From assembly GCA_046726795.1 (NCBI GenBank), contig JBKPBH010000027.1, forward strand, positions 4,215 through 68,214: DNA of 64,000 nt. The letters are read 5' to 3'. Position 1 is the first letter of the stretch; each line of letters starts with the position of its first letter. The notes under the pieces were generated by a model. It did not search any database. It saw only the letters and a program-made list of their open reading frames with translations, and was not told the origin of the DNA. Below are positions 11,092-21,469 of this stretch, piece by piece. Source of the DNA: Acidobacteriota bacterium. Its GTDB lineage: Bacteria; Acidobacteriota; Thermoanaerobaculia; UBA5066; Gp7-AA6. The translations under genes and the position numbers were made by a program.

Positions 11092-11347
11092 ATCTCGAGG
11101 TTTAGCAAGACATGGGCCGTTTCGAGCTCCGGTGGGGCTCCCGAAGCGTTTCGGCACGGCGTGATGCGCCGCGTCCTGACTCGACGTCCGCGCGGCGTTC
11201 GGCGTCTGTCTCCTCACGCCGCCGTTCTTCATCGTGCCCCCTCGAGGCACGACGGGATAAACGGAACACCGAAATGACCCGCAGGCTTCAAGCTCGCTCC
11301 GTCTGGGACAGAAACTGGCCGTCCGCGGTTTCGTAGGATTGGGAGAG

Positions 11348-12556
11348 ATGTCACACACGGCGGACTCGAGGCGAGTCTGGCTCGCCGCCATCGCGCGCAA
11401 CTCCGCGATCTCGATATCGGTCGGCGTGGCGATCGTTTTCCTTGTCCTTCTCTCGCGCCAGGACCTGTGGGGGTGGCGGCTGGCCCTCTGGGGAGGGCTT
11501 GGCGGCTTCCTGACATACCTCTCCTGCCACTTCCTCGATGCGACCGTGGGGAACCGCATCCGACGCCGGGAGCTCTTGCCAGGCAAGCTCGTGGGCGTGC
11601 CCCTCTATTTTCTCGGCGGTTGTTTCGGGGAGCTCGCAGCCACCTCGCTCCTCAAGGCGTTGAAGCTCCTGCCTTTCACGATGAGCGGACGCGATTGGCG
11701 GATCGCGCTTCTCGTGGGCGGCGGGGTCTCGATCGTCATTGGGCTCCTCTTCTATTCGTTCCGGCTCTTGCGCCGACGACTGCAGGAGTCGGTCGAGCGG
11801 ATCAAGGAACAGGAATTCGCCGAGAAAGAGCTCGTGCTGGCTCGGTCGATCCAGAGGCGCCTCCTGCCGCCGCAAGAGCTCGCGGGACCGGGATACCGGA
11901 TCGCGGCGAGGAACCTGCCGGCGCGCTTCGTGGCGGGCGACTTCTACGATGTCTTCCGCCTCTCCGACGGCGCCCTGGGCGTCGCCGTGGCCGACGTCTC
12001 CGGCAAGGGAATCGGAGCGAGCCTCATCATGGCGTCCGTCAAGGCCGTCCTGCCGCTGATCGCCGAGGGTCGAAGGGCCGCCGAGACGTTGACGGAGTTG
12101 AACCGCAAGCTCTTCGCCGAGCTTGCCCCGCGCGAATTCGTGGCTCTGGCGTACGCGCGCTTCCAGCCGGAGAGCGGCCGACTCGAGCTCGCCAACGCCG
12201 GCCTGCCGGACCCCTATCTGCTTCGTCCGGACGAACGGGCAGAGCCGCTCGGCGCTCCGGGGACGAGGTTTCCGCTGGGCGCGCTCCCGGACGTGGCCTA
12301 CGACAGCCTGCGCATCGCGCTCGCGCCGGGCGAACGCCTCCTCTTCCTGACCGACGGTCTTCCCGAGGCTCCGACCGCGTCGGGAGATCCCCTCGGCTAC
12401 GAGGCGCTGGCCCGTCTCGTGCCGCCGCTCGACGGTGAGCCTCCCGGAGTCCTGCTCGACCGGCTCTTCGCCGCGGTGCGTCAGGCGACGCAGCCCACCC
12501 TCGAGGACGATTGGACCGCGCTCGTGCTCGAGGCCCGGACGGCCGGGCCGCCGTAA
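11348..12556 (+). CDS. Membrane-anchored PP2C-type Ser/Thr phosphatase (SpoIIE/RsbU-like)
   Basis: Four to five N-terminal TM helices followed by a PPM/SpoIIE domain (GDFYDVF...VADVSGKGIGASLIMASV...DGL); ATG 11348. Confidence 0.7.
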   Translation: MSHTADSRRVWLAAIARNSAISISVGVAIVFLVLLSRQDLWGWRLALWGGLGGFLTYLSCHFLDATVGNRIRRRELLPGKLVGVPLYFLGGCFGELAATSLLKALKLLPFTMSGRDWRIALLVGGGVSIVIGLLFYSFRLLRRRLQESVERIKEQEFAEKELVLARSIQRRLLPPQELAGPGYRIAARNLPARFVAGDFYDVFRLSDGALGVAVADVSGKGIGASLIMASVKAVLPLIAEGRRAAETLTELNRKLFAELAPREFVALAYARFQPESGRLELANAGLPDPYLLRPDERAEPLGAPGTRFPLGALPDVAYDSLRIALAPGERLLFLTDGLPEAPTASGDPLGYEALARLVPPLDGEPPGVLLDRLFAAVRQATQPTLEDDWTALVLEARTAGPP

Positions 12557-12565
12557 ACTCGGGCC

Positions 12566-13339
12566 ATGGCGCCCCGCCGGGTCGTTTCGCTCTGTCCTTC
12601 CATCACCGAGACGCTGGTGGCGATCGGGGGCTTGAAGAGGCTCGCCGCGGCGACGAGGTACTGCGTGCGTCCCAAGGGGCTGCTCTGGGGGCTGCCGCGG
12701 ATCGGGGGGACCAAGGACCCGGACATCGGCCGGATCCTCGACTTGAAGCCGGACCTCGTCTTCGCCAATGAGGAAGAGAACCGGATCGAGGACGTGAAAG
12801 CGCTCGAGGCGGCGGGAGTCGAGTTGGACGTGACCTTCCCGAGGACCGTCGCGGAGGTGCCCGGCGCGGTTCGCCAGTGGGGAATGCGCCTGGCCGAGGG
12901 CGCGGAGCTCGAGGCGGAATCCCTGGCGCGGCGCATCGAGGAGGAGCACGCGGCGCTCGCCCGCGAATCGCCATCGCTCCCGTTCCTGTACGCCTACTGG
13001 ATCTGGAAGGATCCCTGGATGACCGTCTCGGACGACACCTACATCGCTGATCTGGTGCGCCTGGCCGGCGGCGTGAACGTCTTCGGCCGCGAGCCGGAGC
13101 GCTACCCCGCCTCGACTCCACAGGACGCGCTCGCCCTCGGGGCCGATGTGCATTTCTTCCCGAGCGAGCCGTACCCCTTCCGGCGGCAGCGGCACGAGGC
13201 CTTGACCGAACAGCTCTTCGGGCGAGAACGGGTCCGCCTCTTCGTCCAGGGCGACGACTACTGCTGGCACGGCGTCCGGACCCTGGACGGCCTGAAGACG
13301 ATGCGCCAGTTGAGGGAGCGATTGGAGACGGAGCGGTAG
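12566..13339 (+). CDS. Periplasmic substrate-binding protein, BtuF / Fe-siderophore (class III) type
   Basis: Overall pattern fits PBP class III (DLKPDLVFANEEEN...); low specificity. Confidence 0.55.
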   Translation: MAPRRVVSLCPSITETLVAIGGLKRLAAATRYCVRPKGLLWGLPRIGGTKDPDIGRILDLKPDLVFANEEENRIEDVKALEAAGVELDVTFPRTVAEVPGAVRQWGMRLAEGAELEAESLARRIEEEHAALARESPSLPFLYAYWIWKDPWMTVSDDTYIADLVRLAGGVNVFGREPERYPASTPQDALALGADVHFFPSEPYPFRRQRHEALTEQLFGRERVRLFVQGDDYCWHGVRTLDGLKTMRQLRERLETER

Positions 13340-13348
13340 AGGACGACG

Positions 13349-13394
13349 CCTTATTTATTCAGTTAAGACTGCACTTTCTCCTAATTAAATAAGG
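13349..13394. terminator. AT-rich hairpin between convergent genes (bidirectional terminator candidate)
   Basis: ccttatttatt-(loop cagttaagactgcactttctcct)-aattaaataagg; strongly AT-rich against a 68% GC background. Confidence 0.5.
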
Positions 13395-13399
13395 CCGCG

Positions 13400-14002
13400 C
13401 TACTGCCGCCGATTCAGCAAATCCAGGAACTCCTCGCGGACAGGGCGGTTGAAGAAGATACCCCGGATGGCCGAGGTGACGGTCAGGGCGCCGGGCTTCT
13501 TGACCCCGCGCATCTCGACGCACAGGTGTCTCGCCTCGACGACGACCATCACGCCCTGGGGGGACAGCTTCTCGGCGAGGAACCCCGCGACCTGCTCGGT
13601 CAGCCGTTCCTGGAGCTGCGGCCGCTGCGCGTAGAACTCGACGATCCGCGACATTTTGGAGAGCCCGACGATCTTGTCGTTGGGGATGTAGGCCAGGTGC
13701 GCGTGCCCGTAGAAGGGGACGAAGTGATGCGAACAAAGGGAGTAGAACGGTATGTCCTTCTCGATGATCATGGCCGTGTAGCGCTCGTCGTTGGAGAAGA
13801 ACGTGATGTTCGGCTCGGCCCCCTCGGCGAGCCCCCGGAACATCTCCAGGTACATCTTGGCCACGCGCTCGGGCGTCTCCGTGAGGTTGGCGTCGGAGAG
13901 GTCGAGGCCGAGCAGCTCGATCACCCGGCGCATCTGCGCCGCGATCGCGCGGATCTTCTCCTCGTCCTCGACGGAGGGGACGGTCGCGACAGTCTCGCTC
14001 AT
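13400..14002 (-). CDS. folE: GTP cyclohydrolase I
   Basis: Trimmed to MSETVATVP...; FolE motifs ([33 protein letters not shown]); its ATG overlaps the stop of the upstream prx (ATGA). Confidence 0.9.
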   Translation of the reverse strand: MSETVATVPSVEDEEKIRAIAAQMRRVIELLGLDLSDANLTETPERVAKMYLEMFRGLAEGAEPNITFFSNDERYTAMIIEKDIPFYSLCSHHFVPFYGHAHLAYIPNDKIVGLSKMSRIVEFYAQRPQLQERLTEQVAGFLAEKLSPQGVMVVVEARHLCVEMRGVKKPGALTVTSAIRGIFFNRPVREEFLDLLNRRQ

Positions 14003-14463
14003 GCGGCGGCGCGCGTCCTCTCGAGGAGCTTTCCGATGTCCCGGGCCACGGGGATGTCGCTCGTCACGATCTCCTTGATCCTCCCGTCCTTTCCGACGAT
14101 GAAGGCGGTCCGGGCGGAAAACCCCTTGTCCTCGAGGTAAACGCCGTATTTCTTCGACACGTCTCCCTTGGGATGGAAGTCGGCGAGCAGCGGGTAGATG
14201 ATTCCATTCTGCGGCGCGAAGGCCTTGTGCGCCCAAAGCGAATCCACCGAGATTCCCAGGACCTCGACGTCGTCGCCCCCCTGCGCGGGAAGAATCTCGG
14301 CGCACAGCTTCGTCTCCTTCGAGCAGGTCGGAGAGAAATCGAGAGGATAGAAGAGCAGCAGGACGTTCTTCTTGCCTCGGTAGTCCGAGAGGGTCACCTT
14401 GTCTCCCACCGTCGAGGGGAGAGTGAAATCCGGGGCCATGTCGCCGGGCTTGAGTTGGGTCAT
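13999..14463 (-). CDS. Peroxiredoxin (Bcp/AhpC-TSA family)
   Basis: Trimmed to [13 protein letters not shown]; Prx active site [13 protein letters not shown]; SD taaggag 9 nt upstream of the ATG. Confidence 0.85.
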   Translation of the reverse strand: MTQLKPGDMAPDFTLPSTVGDKVTLSDYRGKKNVLLLFYPLDFSPTCSKETKLCAEILPAQGGDDVEVLGISVDSLWAHKAFAPQNGIIYPLLADFHPKGDVSKKYGVYLEDKGFSARTAFIVGKDGRIKEIVTSDIPVARDIGKLLERTRAAA

Positions 14464-14600
14464 ATGTAGCGGCTCCTTACAGCATTTGTGCCAGCCGCCG
14501 ATTCTACCGCCTGGGGAAGCCGGTGCTCGGTTTTCGGTCGAGGGTCCAGCCAGGTCGCCGCTGCCCCCGAGAGCCGAGCACCGAGAACCGCTCACCGTTC

Positions 14601-15707
14601 CTACGTGATCGTCTTGTGAAACGCCCGAGTGCTGCCGGCGACGAGGACCGCGGCGATGACGAGCAAGGCCGCGACGCTGCGCCAGAGGTCGCCGAAGACC
14701 GCCCCGCGGATGATGATGCCCCGCGAGATCGCGATGAAGTGGGTGGCGGGGAGCAGCTGCGCGAGGACGCGAAGGGGAGCCGGCAGCGAGGAGAGGGGAA
14801 AGATGTATCCGGAAAGCATGATCGAAGGGAGCAGGAGCATCTGCGCGAGCTGGATGGCCTCCATCTGCGAGCGCGCCCGCGAGGAGACAAGCAGTCCCAT
14901 CGACAGGAGCGCGAAGAGATAGATGACCGAGAGGCCCAGCAGGAGAAGCAGGTTGCCGTGAATCGGCACGCGGAAGACGACCGTCATGAGGAACAGGATG
15001 AAGAGCAGCTGCGCGAAGGCCAGGACGAGGTAGGGGAGGAGCTTGCCGAGCACGACCGCGACGGGAGAAGCCGGCGTGACCATGAGCTGCTCGAGCGTGC
15101 CGCGCTCGCGCTCTCGGACGATCGCGAAGGCGGCCAGCAGCGTGCCGGAGAAAGTCAGCAGGATGGCCACGAGCCCGGGGATCAGCAGGTTCGCGCTCCT
15201 CGAGTCGGGGTTGAAGAGGAAGAGCGGGTGGGTGCGGATGGGAAGGTCCTTCGCGCCCGCGCGCTCGGCCAGCTCGGTCACCGACCGGGCGAAGGCGACC
15301 CCGTTGGCCGCGGCCAGCGCCTGAGCCGAGATCGAGGAATCCGAGCCGTCGATCAGGACGAGGACGTCGGCCGGCTCGCGATTCAACCGCCGCCGCGCGT
15401 AGTCGGGCGGGACCTCGACGCCGACCGAGGCCCGGCCCGAGACGATGAACTCCTTGAGGAACGCGCGCGAGGGGGCGTAGGCGACGATGTCGAAGTAACT
15501 CGTGTTGACGAAGTCGTTGAGCAACTGCCGGCTCTCCTGGGTCCGGCTCTGATCGAAGACGACGGTGCGGACGTGCTTGACGTTCGTGTCGATCAGGCCG
15601 AAGAGGACGAGCTGGAAAGCGGGGACCAAGAGCGCGAACTGGAGCGTTCCCCGGTCGCGGATCATCTGGACCGCCTCTTTCTTCAAGACAGGCAGGAAGC
15701 CTCTCAT
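14601..15707 (-). CDS. ABC-2 type transporter permease
   Basis: Trimmed to [14 protein letters not shown]; six TM helices, ABC-2 family; its ATG overlaps the ATPase stop. Confidence 0.8.
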   Translation of the reverse strand: MRGFLPVLKKEAVQMIRDRGTLQFALLVPAFQLVLFGLIDTNVKHVRTVVFDQSRTQESRQLLNDFVNTSYFDIVAYAPSRAFLKEFIVSGRASVGVEVPPDYARRRLNREPADVLVLIDGSDSSISAQALAAANGVAFARSVTELAERAGAKDLPIRTHPLFLFNPDSRSANLLIPGLVAILLTFSGTLLAAFAIVRERERGTLEQLMVTPASPVAVVLGKLLPYLVLAFAQLLFILFLMTVVFRVPIHGNLLLLLGLSVIYLFALLSMGLLVSSRARSQMEAIQLAQMLLLPSIMLSGYIFPLSSLPAPLRVLAQLLPATHFIAISRGIIIRGAVFGDLWRSVAALLVIAAVLVAGSTRAFHKTIT

Positions 15708-16735
15708 CTGGCCGTCCTGGCCCGCTCGGGGATCTCGCCGCGCTGCTCGATCTGGAGCCGGGTCAGCCGCACGAACACGTCCTCGAGCGAGGCCTCGATG
15801 GGTCGGATCGTGACCTTCGCGTGGGAGGCCTCCTCGAGGTCCCGCGCGATTTGCGCATCGGGCACGTCGGCGCGCACGAGCAGATGGAGCGCGTTGCCGA
15901 AGATCGTGACCTCCTCGACGTAGGGGAGCTTGCGCGCCTGGCTCATGACGGCCGCGGCCCCCTGCTCGCAGTCGGCCTCGACGCGCCGCGTCCCCTCCGG
16001 CGTGATCTCGGGGAGCCTCGTCAAGTCGGCCGGGTCGCCTTCGACGAGCATGCGAGAGAGATAGAGGTACGCGACGCGGCCGCAGCGCTCCGCTTCGTCC
16101 ATGTAGTGGGTGCTGACCAGGAGCGTGACCCCTTCGCCGGCGAGCGTGAAGAGGAGATTCCAGAGCTCCCGGCGGGCGACCGGGTCGATGCCTGCGGTCG
16201 GCTCGTCCAGGAACAGGACGCGCGGGCGATGCATGAGCGCTGCCGCCAGCGCGAGGCGTTGCTTCCATCCACCGGAAAGCTGCCCGGCGAGCCGCTCGCG
16301 GTATGGGCCGATGGACGTCAGCCCGATCGCCCACTCGCGCCGCTCCTTCAACTCCGCGCCCTTCAGGCCGTAGACCGACGCAAAGAAGTCGAGGTTCTCC
16401 TGCACCGTCAGGTCCTCATAGAGCGAGAACCTCTGGGGCACGTAGCCGATGCGTCGGCGGACCTCTTCTCCCTGCTTGGCGACGTCCAGGCCGTCCACGA
16501 AGGCGCGCCCTTCCGTCGGCGTGAGCAGACCGCAGAGGATCCGGATGAGGGTGGACTTGCCGGACCCGTTGGGGCCGAGCAGTCCGTAGATCTCGCCTCG
16601 CGGCACGTGCAACGAGACCTTGTCCAGCGCGCGAACCGGCCCGAAGTCGCGGGACACTCCCTCCACGACGATTCCGTCGTCGCGGGCGCTGGAGGAGGGC
16701 TCGCGCGCCGGCGACCCGGTCTCGGGCCCGGTCAT
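15704..16735 (-). CDS. ABC transporter ATP-binding protein
   Basis: Walker [10 protein letters not shown], signature LSGGWKQR, Walker [13 protein letters not shown]; start trimmed to MTGPETG (ATGA overlap with the hlyD-like stop). Confidence 0.88.
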   Translation of the reverse strand: MTGPETGSPAREPSSSARDDGIVVEGVSRDFGPVRALDKVSLHVPRGEIYGLLGPNGSGKSTLIRILCGLLTPTEGRAFVDGLDVAKQGEEVRRRIGYVPQRFSLYEDLTVQENLDFFASVYGLKGAELKERREWAIGLTSIGPYRERLAGQLSGGWKQRLALAAALMHRPRVLFLDEPTAGIDPVARRELWNLLFTLAGEGVTLLVSTHYMDEAERCGRVAYLYLSRMLVEGDPADLTRLPEITPEGTRRVEADCEQGAAAVMSQARKLPYVEEVTIFGNALHLLVRADVPDAQIARDLEEASHAKVTIRPIEASLEDVFVRLTRLQIEQRGEIPERARTAR

Positions 16736-17664
16736 TCGGCCAGCCTCACCGTGGCCGCCATGCCCGGCTTCAATTCCGGGGTCGGTTCGATCGCGACTTT
16801 GACACCGAAGACCTGGTCCATGCGCTGGTCGAGCGTCTGAACGTTGCGGGGCGTGTACTCGGACTGCGTGCGGATCTCGACGACTCTTCCGGGGAACTCC
16901 CGCTTTGGGAAGGTGTCCACGGTCAGGGCCGCCCTCTGGCCGACTCGCACCCGACCGAGCTGCGGCTCGGGTACGTAGACGCGCACCCAGAGCTGGGAGG
17001 GCTCGAGCATACGGGCGACAGGCTGATTGGCCACGACCAGGTCTCCGGGACGCAGGTCCATCGATTCGATCACCCCGGCGGCCGGCACTCGTACGACCGC
17101 TTCGGCGCGCTGGCGCTCGAGGTAGCCCTGCTGCTTCTCCTCCGCTTCGAGAGTCGCTCGGGCCACGGCGATGTCTTCGGGGCGGTTGCCGCGTTCGAGC
17201 TCCAGCGCCGCCTCGCGCGCGACCCTGGCCTGCGTGGCGGCGTCGTCGTACTGCTGCTGCGCCACGACGCCCCGGTCGAGGAGGGTCTTCAGACGCAGAC
17301 GCTCTCTCTCGGTGTTCTGCGCCTGCGCGCGGGCTCGGGCGATTTCTTCGGGCCGGGGCCCGCGCAGGGCCTTGGTCAAGTTGGCCCGCGCCTGCTCGAC
17401 ACGGGCCCGTTCCTGCTGGATCTGGAGATCGATCAGGTCGGTCTCGAACTGGACGATCGGCTGGCCGGCCGAGACCTGCGCGCCCTCTTCCACGAGAACC
17501 CTCGTGACTCGTCCCCCGGTCAGGGAGCCGACTTCCACATCGCGCGCCTCGATCGAGCCGGAGAGGACGAGGGCCTTGTCCCCTTTCCTCGACATCAGCC
17601 ACCAGATGGCGCCGGCCGCCGAGAGAATCACGACGACGAGAACGATGAGGGAGCGGCGGCTCAT
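16732..17664 (-). CDS. HlyD-family membrane fusion protein (periplasmic adaptor)
   Basis: N-terminal TM, coiled-coil and lipoyl-like/beta-barrel segments ([20 protein letters not shown]). Confidence 0.8.
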   Translation of the reverse strand: MSRRSLIVLVVVILSAAGAIWWLMSRKGDKALVLSGSIEARDVEVGSLTGGRVTRVLVEEGAQVSAGQPIVQFETDLIDLQIQQERARVEQARANLTKALRGPRPEEIARARAQAQNTERERLRLKTLLDRGVVAQQQYDDAATQARVAREAALELERGNRPEDIAVARATLEAEEKQQGYLERQRAEAVVRVPAAGVIESMDLRPGDLVVANQPVARMLEPSQLWVRVYVPEPQLGRVRVGQRAALTVDTFPKREFPGRVVEIRTQSEYTPRNVQTLDQRMDQVFGVKVAIEPTPELKPGMAATVRLAE

Positions 17665-18293
17665 CGGCTTCGTCTCCTGGGGCGAAGCGCGCCCTTCTTC
17701 CAGATCTCGAGGACGGTGCCGAGGTACGCCTCCAGCGGGATCGGCGGCTGGATCCTGAGGACTCGATGGAAGAAGACGTAAGACTGGAGAGATCCGAGGA
17801 AAGCGAGGGCGCCGGCCCTCGCGCTCGGCAGGGAGACTCTTCCGGCGGCTCGGGCCCGTCTTAAGTACGTCTGCAGCGCCGCGACGACGAGCGCAGGCGG
17901 AGAGTTCTTCTGGCGAGGGTCGAAGGGAAGACGGATCGTGCGGGCCTCTTCCTCCGTGCGGGCGCGCAGAAAGCGGGCGATGTTCTCTCCCATCTTCTGC
18001 TCGATGAAGGGGATGAACTCGCGGGCCAGCCGGCGCAACACCTGCGCCGGGTCCGCGTCCGAGGGCACGGAGGCGAGAAAGCCCGCCGGCAGCTCTTCCG
18101 CGGAGGGCTCCGATTCCATGGCCAGGGCGAAGAGAGCTTGCTTGGTCGGAGCGTGGCGCAGCAGCGCCGCCGGGGAGACTCCCAGGCGCGCCCCGATGTC
18201 CGCGAGCGTCGTCCCCTCGAACCCCCGCTCGGCGAAGGCCCGGCGCGCCTCGGCCAGGACCTGCTCCCGCGTCACCCGTTCCGGCCGCCCCAT
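17661..18293 (-). CDS. TetR/AcrR family transcriptional regulator
   Basis: N-terminal HTH ([48 protein letters not shown]); first gene of the efflux operon. Confidence 0.8.
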   Translation of the reverse strand: MGRPERVTREQVLAEARRAFAERGFEGTTLADIGARLGVSPAALLRHAPTKQALFALAMESEPSAEELPAGFLASVPSDADPAQVLRRLAREFIPFIEQKMGENIARFLRARTEEEARTIRLPFDPRQKNSPPALVVAALQTYLRRARAAGRVSLPSARAGALAFLGSLQSYVFFHRVLRIQPPIPLEAYLGTVLEIWKKGALRPRRRSR

Positions 18294-18296
18294 GAG

Positions 18297-18322
18297 AGTA
18301 AATAAATATACAGTTATTTACT
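18297..18322. promoter_or_regulatory. AT-rich imperfect palindrome immediately upstream of the tetR ATG (candidate TetR operator/promoter)
   Basis: AGTAAATAA-ATATACAG-TTATTTACT lies 4-29 nt upstream of the tetR start and overlaps the last codons and TAA of polX. Confidence 0.5.
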
Positions 18323-20077
18323 AAAGGTCAAGGGGGAATCTGGAAGCGGGCCGCCGCGCCGTTTTTCGAGCCATTGCTGCAGCTCGTCCGCCGTCATGGC
18401 GTTCACGGTGGCGTCCGGGCCGACCCAGCCCTTTCGGGCAATCCCGAGGCCGAGCTCGACTAAGCCGAGCTCCGCGACGGAATGGGCGTCCGGGCCGATC
18501 GAGAAAAGGGCTCCCTTCTCCACGGCGCGGCGGACGTGCCTCCAGTCGAGGTCGAGCCTCTCCGGCGAACCGTTGATCTCCAGGGCGCAGCCCGACTCGG
18601 CCGCGGCGTCGAGGACGGCCTCGATGTCCGCGTCCACGCCCTCGCGCGTTAAGAGCAGGCGGCCCGTCGGGTGGCCGAGCACCGAGACACGCGGGTTGCG
18701 CACGGCTCGCAGCAGCCTCGCCGTCTGCTCCGCGCGGGGAAGGCCGAAGCGCGAGTGAATCGAGGCAACGACGAGGTCGAAGACGCCGAGGAAATCGTCC
18801 CCGAAGTCGATCGAGCCATCCGACAGGATGTCGGCTTCCGTCCCGTGAAAGATACGGAAGCCGGGGGATCTCCGCTGCAGGGCCCGGATCTCCTCGCGCT
18901 GCGCGAGAACGCGCCCCTCGTCCAGGCCTCCGGCGTACGCGGCGGTCTTGCTGTGGTCGGTGATCGCGACCCAGGAGTAGCCGGCGGCTCGGGCCCCTCC
19001 GACCATGTCCTCGAGCGTGTCGCGGCCGTCGGACTCGACCGTGTGGACGTGGACAATGCCCCGCAGGTCTTCGCGTGAGACGAGCCGGGGCAACTCCCCC
19101 CGCTCGGCCGCCTCGATCTCTCCTCGGCCTTCCCGCAGCTCCGGCTCGATGTAGGGAAGACCCAGGGCCGCGTAGATCGCCGCTTCGCTGGCGCCGGGGA
19201 GGGCCTCCCCGGGGGGCTGGGTCCGGAACAGACCGTACTCGTTCAACTTCAGGCCCATCCTCTTCGCACGCCCGCGCAGCTCCACGTTGTGCTCCTCGGA
19301 GCCCGTGAAATACAGCCACGCCGCGGGAAACTCCGCTTCCGACACGATCCGAAGATCGGCGGCGAGACCGTCGGTGAACCGCACGGAGGTTTTCGTCGGC
19401 CCGTCCGCCGTGATGTCGGCGACCCGCGGCAGGCGGCAGAAGGCGTCGGCCAGCGCTCCTGGATCCGGAGAGGCGGCGACGATGTCGATGTCGCGAACGA
19501 TCTCCTTTCGGCGTCGCAGGCTGCCCGCGATCTCGATCCGGGAAGCGAGCCCGGCGCTCTCCAGAGCGGCGAGCGCCTCCTCGGCGCGCCGGCGGGCCCG
19601 GCTGTAGCGGTGAAGGCCGGCCGAGGAGCGCAGGAGCGCGATTCCCTTCAGGATCCGTTCGGCGGTGCGGGAGCCGAACCCTTTGACGCCGGCGAGTCTC
19701 CCTTCTCGGCATGCGGCTTCCAGCGCTTCCAGCGAGTCAATGCCGAGTGTCTCGTGGAGTTGCCGCGCCTTCCGCGCGCCCAGCCCCGGGATCGTCAAAC
19801 ACTCTCGAAGGCCGGGAGGAAACCGCGCGCACAACTCCTCGTAGTAGGGGAGCGAGCCGGTCCGCACGAGGGTCTCGATGTTGCCGAAGAGCCCCGCCCC
19901 GATGCCCGGGACATCCAGGAGGTCGCGGCTGGCGACCGCGGCTTCCAGGTCTCCCGGAAAGGCCAGAATCGCCTGCGCCCCCATCTCGTAGGCCCGCACC
20001 CTGAACCGATTCTCGCCGGCCAGCTCCAGCATCGCCGCGATCTCAGCGAGCACGCGAGCGACCTCTCCGCGGTCCAT
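18314..20077 (-). CDS. polX: DNA polymerase X family protein with C-terminal PHP domain
   Basis: Trimmed to MDRGEVARVLAEIAAMLELAGENRFRVRAYEMGAQAIL (Pol beta-like N-term) plus a PHP histidinol-phosphatase-like C-term (VHVHTVESDG...HS); alternative ATG at 20101. Confidence 0.8.
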   Translation of the reverse strand: MDRGEVARVLAEIAAMLELAGENRFRVRAYEMGAQAILAFPGDLEAAVASRDLLDVPGIGAGLFGNIETLVRTGSLPYYEELCARFPPGLRECLTIPGLGARKARQLHETLGIDSLEALEAACREGRLAGVKGFGSRTAERILKGIALLRSSAGLHRYSRARRRAEEALAALESAGLASRIEIAGSLRRRKEIVRDIDIVAASPDPGALADAFCRLPRVADITADGPTKTSVRFTDGLAADLRIVSEAEFPAAWLYFTGSEEHNVELRGRAKRMGLKLNEYGLFRTQPPGEALPGASEAAIYAALGLPYIEPELREGRGEIEAAERGELPRLVSREDLRGIVHVHTVESDGRDTLEDMVGGARAAGYSWVAITDHSKTAAYAGGLDEGRVLAQREEIRALQRRSPGFRIFHGTEADILSDGSIDFGDDFLGVFDLVVASIHSRFGLPRAEQTARLLRAVRNPRVSVLGHPTGRLLLTREGVDADIEAVLDAAAESGCALEINGSPERLDLDWRHVRRAVEKGALFSIGPDAHSVAELGLVELGLGIARKGWVGPDATVNAMTADELQQWLEKRRGGPLPDSPLTFSK

Positions 20078-20110
20078 CGATCGATTGTAGCGGGGTAACA
20101 TGGCGCGCCG

Positions 20111-20935
20111 ATGCGCGTGGACCTGCACAGCCACTCTTCCGTCTCCGACGGCCTCGACTCGCCGGCCGAGCTGGTCCGGAAGATGAAGACGGCAGGAATC
20201 GAGACCTTCGCGCTGACCGATCACGACACGCTGCAAGGGCTGCCGGAGGCGCGCGCCGAAGCGGAGGCAGTCGGCATCGAGCTCGTCCCGGGCGCCGAGG
20301 TCTCGGCCGATTTCCAGGGGCAGGACGACGTCCACATCCTCGCCCTGTTCGTGGACGAGACGAACCCCCGGTTCAACGCGCGCCTGGCCGAGCGTCAGGA
20401 GAATCGGCGCCGGCGGGGGGAGCTCATGGCGGAAAAGCTGATGGCCGCGGGCTACCCGCTCGACCTCGACGCGATCCGCCGCGACGTCGGCGGCGGCGTC
20501 TGGGGGAGGCCGCACCTGGCGCGCGCTCTCGTCCGAGCCGGGCACGCCGCCTCCAACGAAGACGCCTTCGAGCGGTTTCTGGGCCGCGAGCGCCCCTGGT
20601 ACGTGCCTTCGACGAAATGGGCGGCGGCTGACGTGATCGAGGCGGTCCGCGAGGCCGGCGGAGTTTCCTCGCTCGCGCACGCCGTCTGGTACAAGGACGC
20701 GGAGGGTCTCATCCGCGCGCTGGTCGAGGCGGGACTCGACGCCATCGAAGTCTTCCATCCCGACCACGCGGCGGCGGAGGAGGCGCGGTTCGGGGGCCTC
20801 GCTCGGGAGCTCGGCCTGCTCGTGACGGCCGGCAGCGACTTCCACGGCGCTCCGGAGGGGCGCAAGCACCCGGGCGGCGTGGTCGGCACCGCGGAAATGC
20901 TGGGCCTTCTGCGAGGCCGGGCGCGTCCCCGATGA
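20111..20935 (+). CDS. PHP domain phosphoesterase (TrpH/YciV-like)
   Basis: MRVDLHSHSSVSDG...ALTDHDT PHP motifs; divergent from polX with an intergenic gap of <=33 nt. Confidence 0.7.
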   Translation: MRVDLHSHSSVSDGLDSPAELVRKMKTAGIETFALTDHDTLQGLPEARAEAEAVGIELVPGAEVSADFQGQDDVHILALFVDETNPRFNARLAERQENRRRRGELMAEKLMAAGYPLDLDAIRRDVGGGVWGRPHLARALVRAGHAASNEDAFERFLGRERPWYVPSTKWAAADVIEAVREAGGVSSLAHAVWYKDAEGLIRALVEAGLDAIEVFHPDHAAAEEARFGGLARELGLLVTAGSDFHGAPEGRKHPGGVVGTAEMLGLLRGRARPR

Positions 20936-21315
20936 TCCCGCCGGAAGCACCGGTACGTCCCTTCTGGGTGCTTCTCGTGCAACGGGGGGCGCCGGACGCC
21001 CTCTACGAGGCCGCCGCGATGACGGCCGCGGCGGTCTCGCTCGGGATCGACGTCACCGTGATCTGGTTCGACGCGGCGCTCGAAGCGCTGGCCTCGGGAC
21101 GCCTGGCGCAGGACGAAGGGGAGACCGGTCACGCCGGCCGCCTGCTTGCCGAGGCGCGAGAGGCAGGCGGCGGCGTGCGCTTCCTCGCCTGTTCCGCCTC
21201 CATGGTCAATCGAAGGATCGATCGCGAGGCCGTCGCCGGGTGTGTGGACGACGTCGTCGGCTGGCCGACGGCGATCGCGCTCATCCGCTCCGCCGAGCGC
21301 TCCTTCGTCTGGTAG
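20932..21315 (+). CDS. DsrE/DsrF/TusD-like small protein
   Basis: 127 aa; FWVLLVQRGAPD...RFLACSASMV has a DsrE-like fold signature with a conserved Cys; ATGA overlap with the PHP gene. Confidence 0.45.
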   Translation: MIPPEAPVRPFWVLLVQRGAPDALYEAAAMTAAAVSLGIDVTVIWFDAALEALASGRLAQDEGETGHAGRLLAEAREAGGGVRFLACSASMVNRRIDREAVAGCVDDVVGWPTAIALIRSAERSFVW

Positions 21316-21384
21316 CAGATACGGAACGAAGGCCGCTCCCGGGCCTCGGACATCATTTGTCCCTCGCACAGCGTCCAATAGGTC

Positions 21385-21393
21385 TGTGGATAA
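21385..21393. promoter_or_regulatory. Perfect DnaA box (TGTGGATAA, reverse complement of TTATCCACA) upstream of dnaB
   Basis: Exact 9-mer consensus, followed by the palindrome atcgaa-atttttt-tcgat; a second 2-mismatch box ttgtggaaat lies at 21448-21457. Confidence 0.5.
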
Positions 21394-21469
21394 CGCGATC
21401 GAAATTTTTTTCGATGCGTCTCTCCCGGCGCGACGCCGGCCTCCCGGTTGTGGAAATCGTTTTCGACCG

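Noticed and set aside
11092-11338. tRNA or small RNA in the 247 nt intergenic region (and other >170 nt gaps 21316-21523, 57220-57424, 63105-63296)
   Set aside because: No cloverleaf-compatible segments or conserved T-loop (GTTCRA) motifs seen; these look like divergent promoter regions
14601-20950. Long N-terminal extensions of tool ORFs (permease 577 aa, ATPase 632 aa, polX 878 aa; also M28 peptidase 928 aa, aroB 481 aa, recN 650 aa, korB 806 aa)
   Set aside because: The extensions overlap upstream genes in another frame and are R/P/G-rich; genes were trimmed to internal starts that align with family N-termini and give 1-4 nt overlaps or SD sequences
21385-21457. oriC
   Set aside because: Only one perfect and one weak DnaA box, with no dnaA/dnaN nearby and no long AT-rich unwinding element; more likely dnaB regulation
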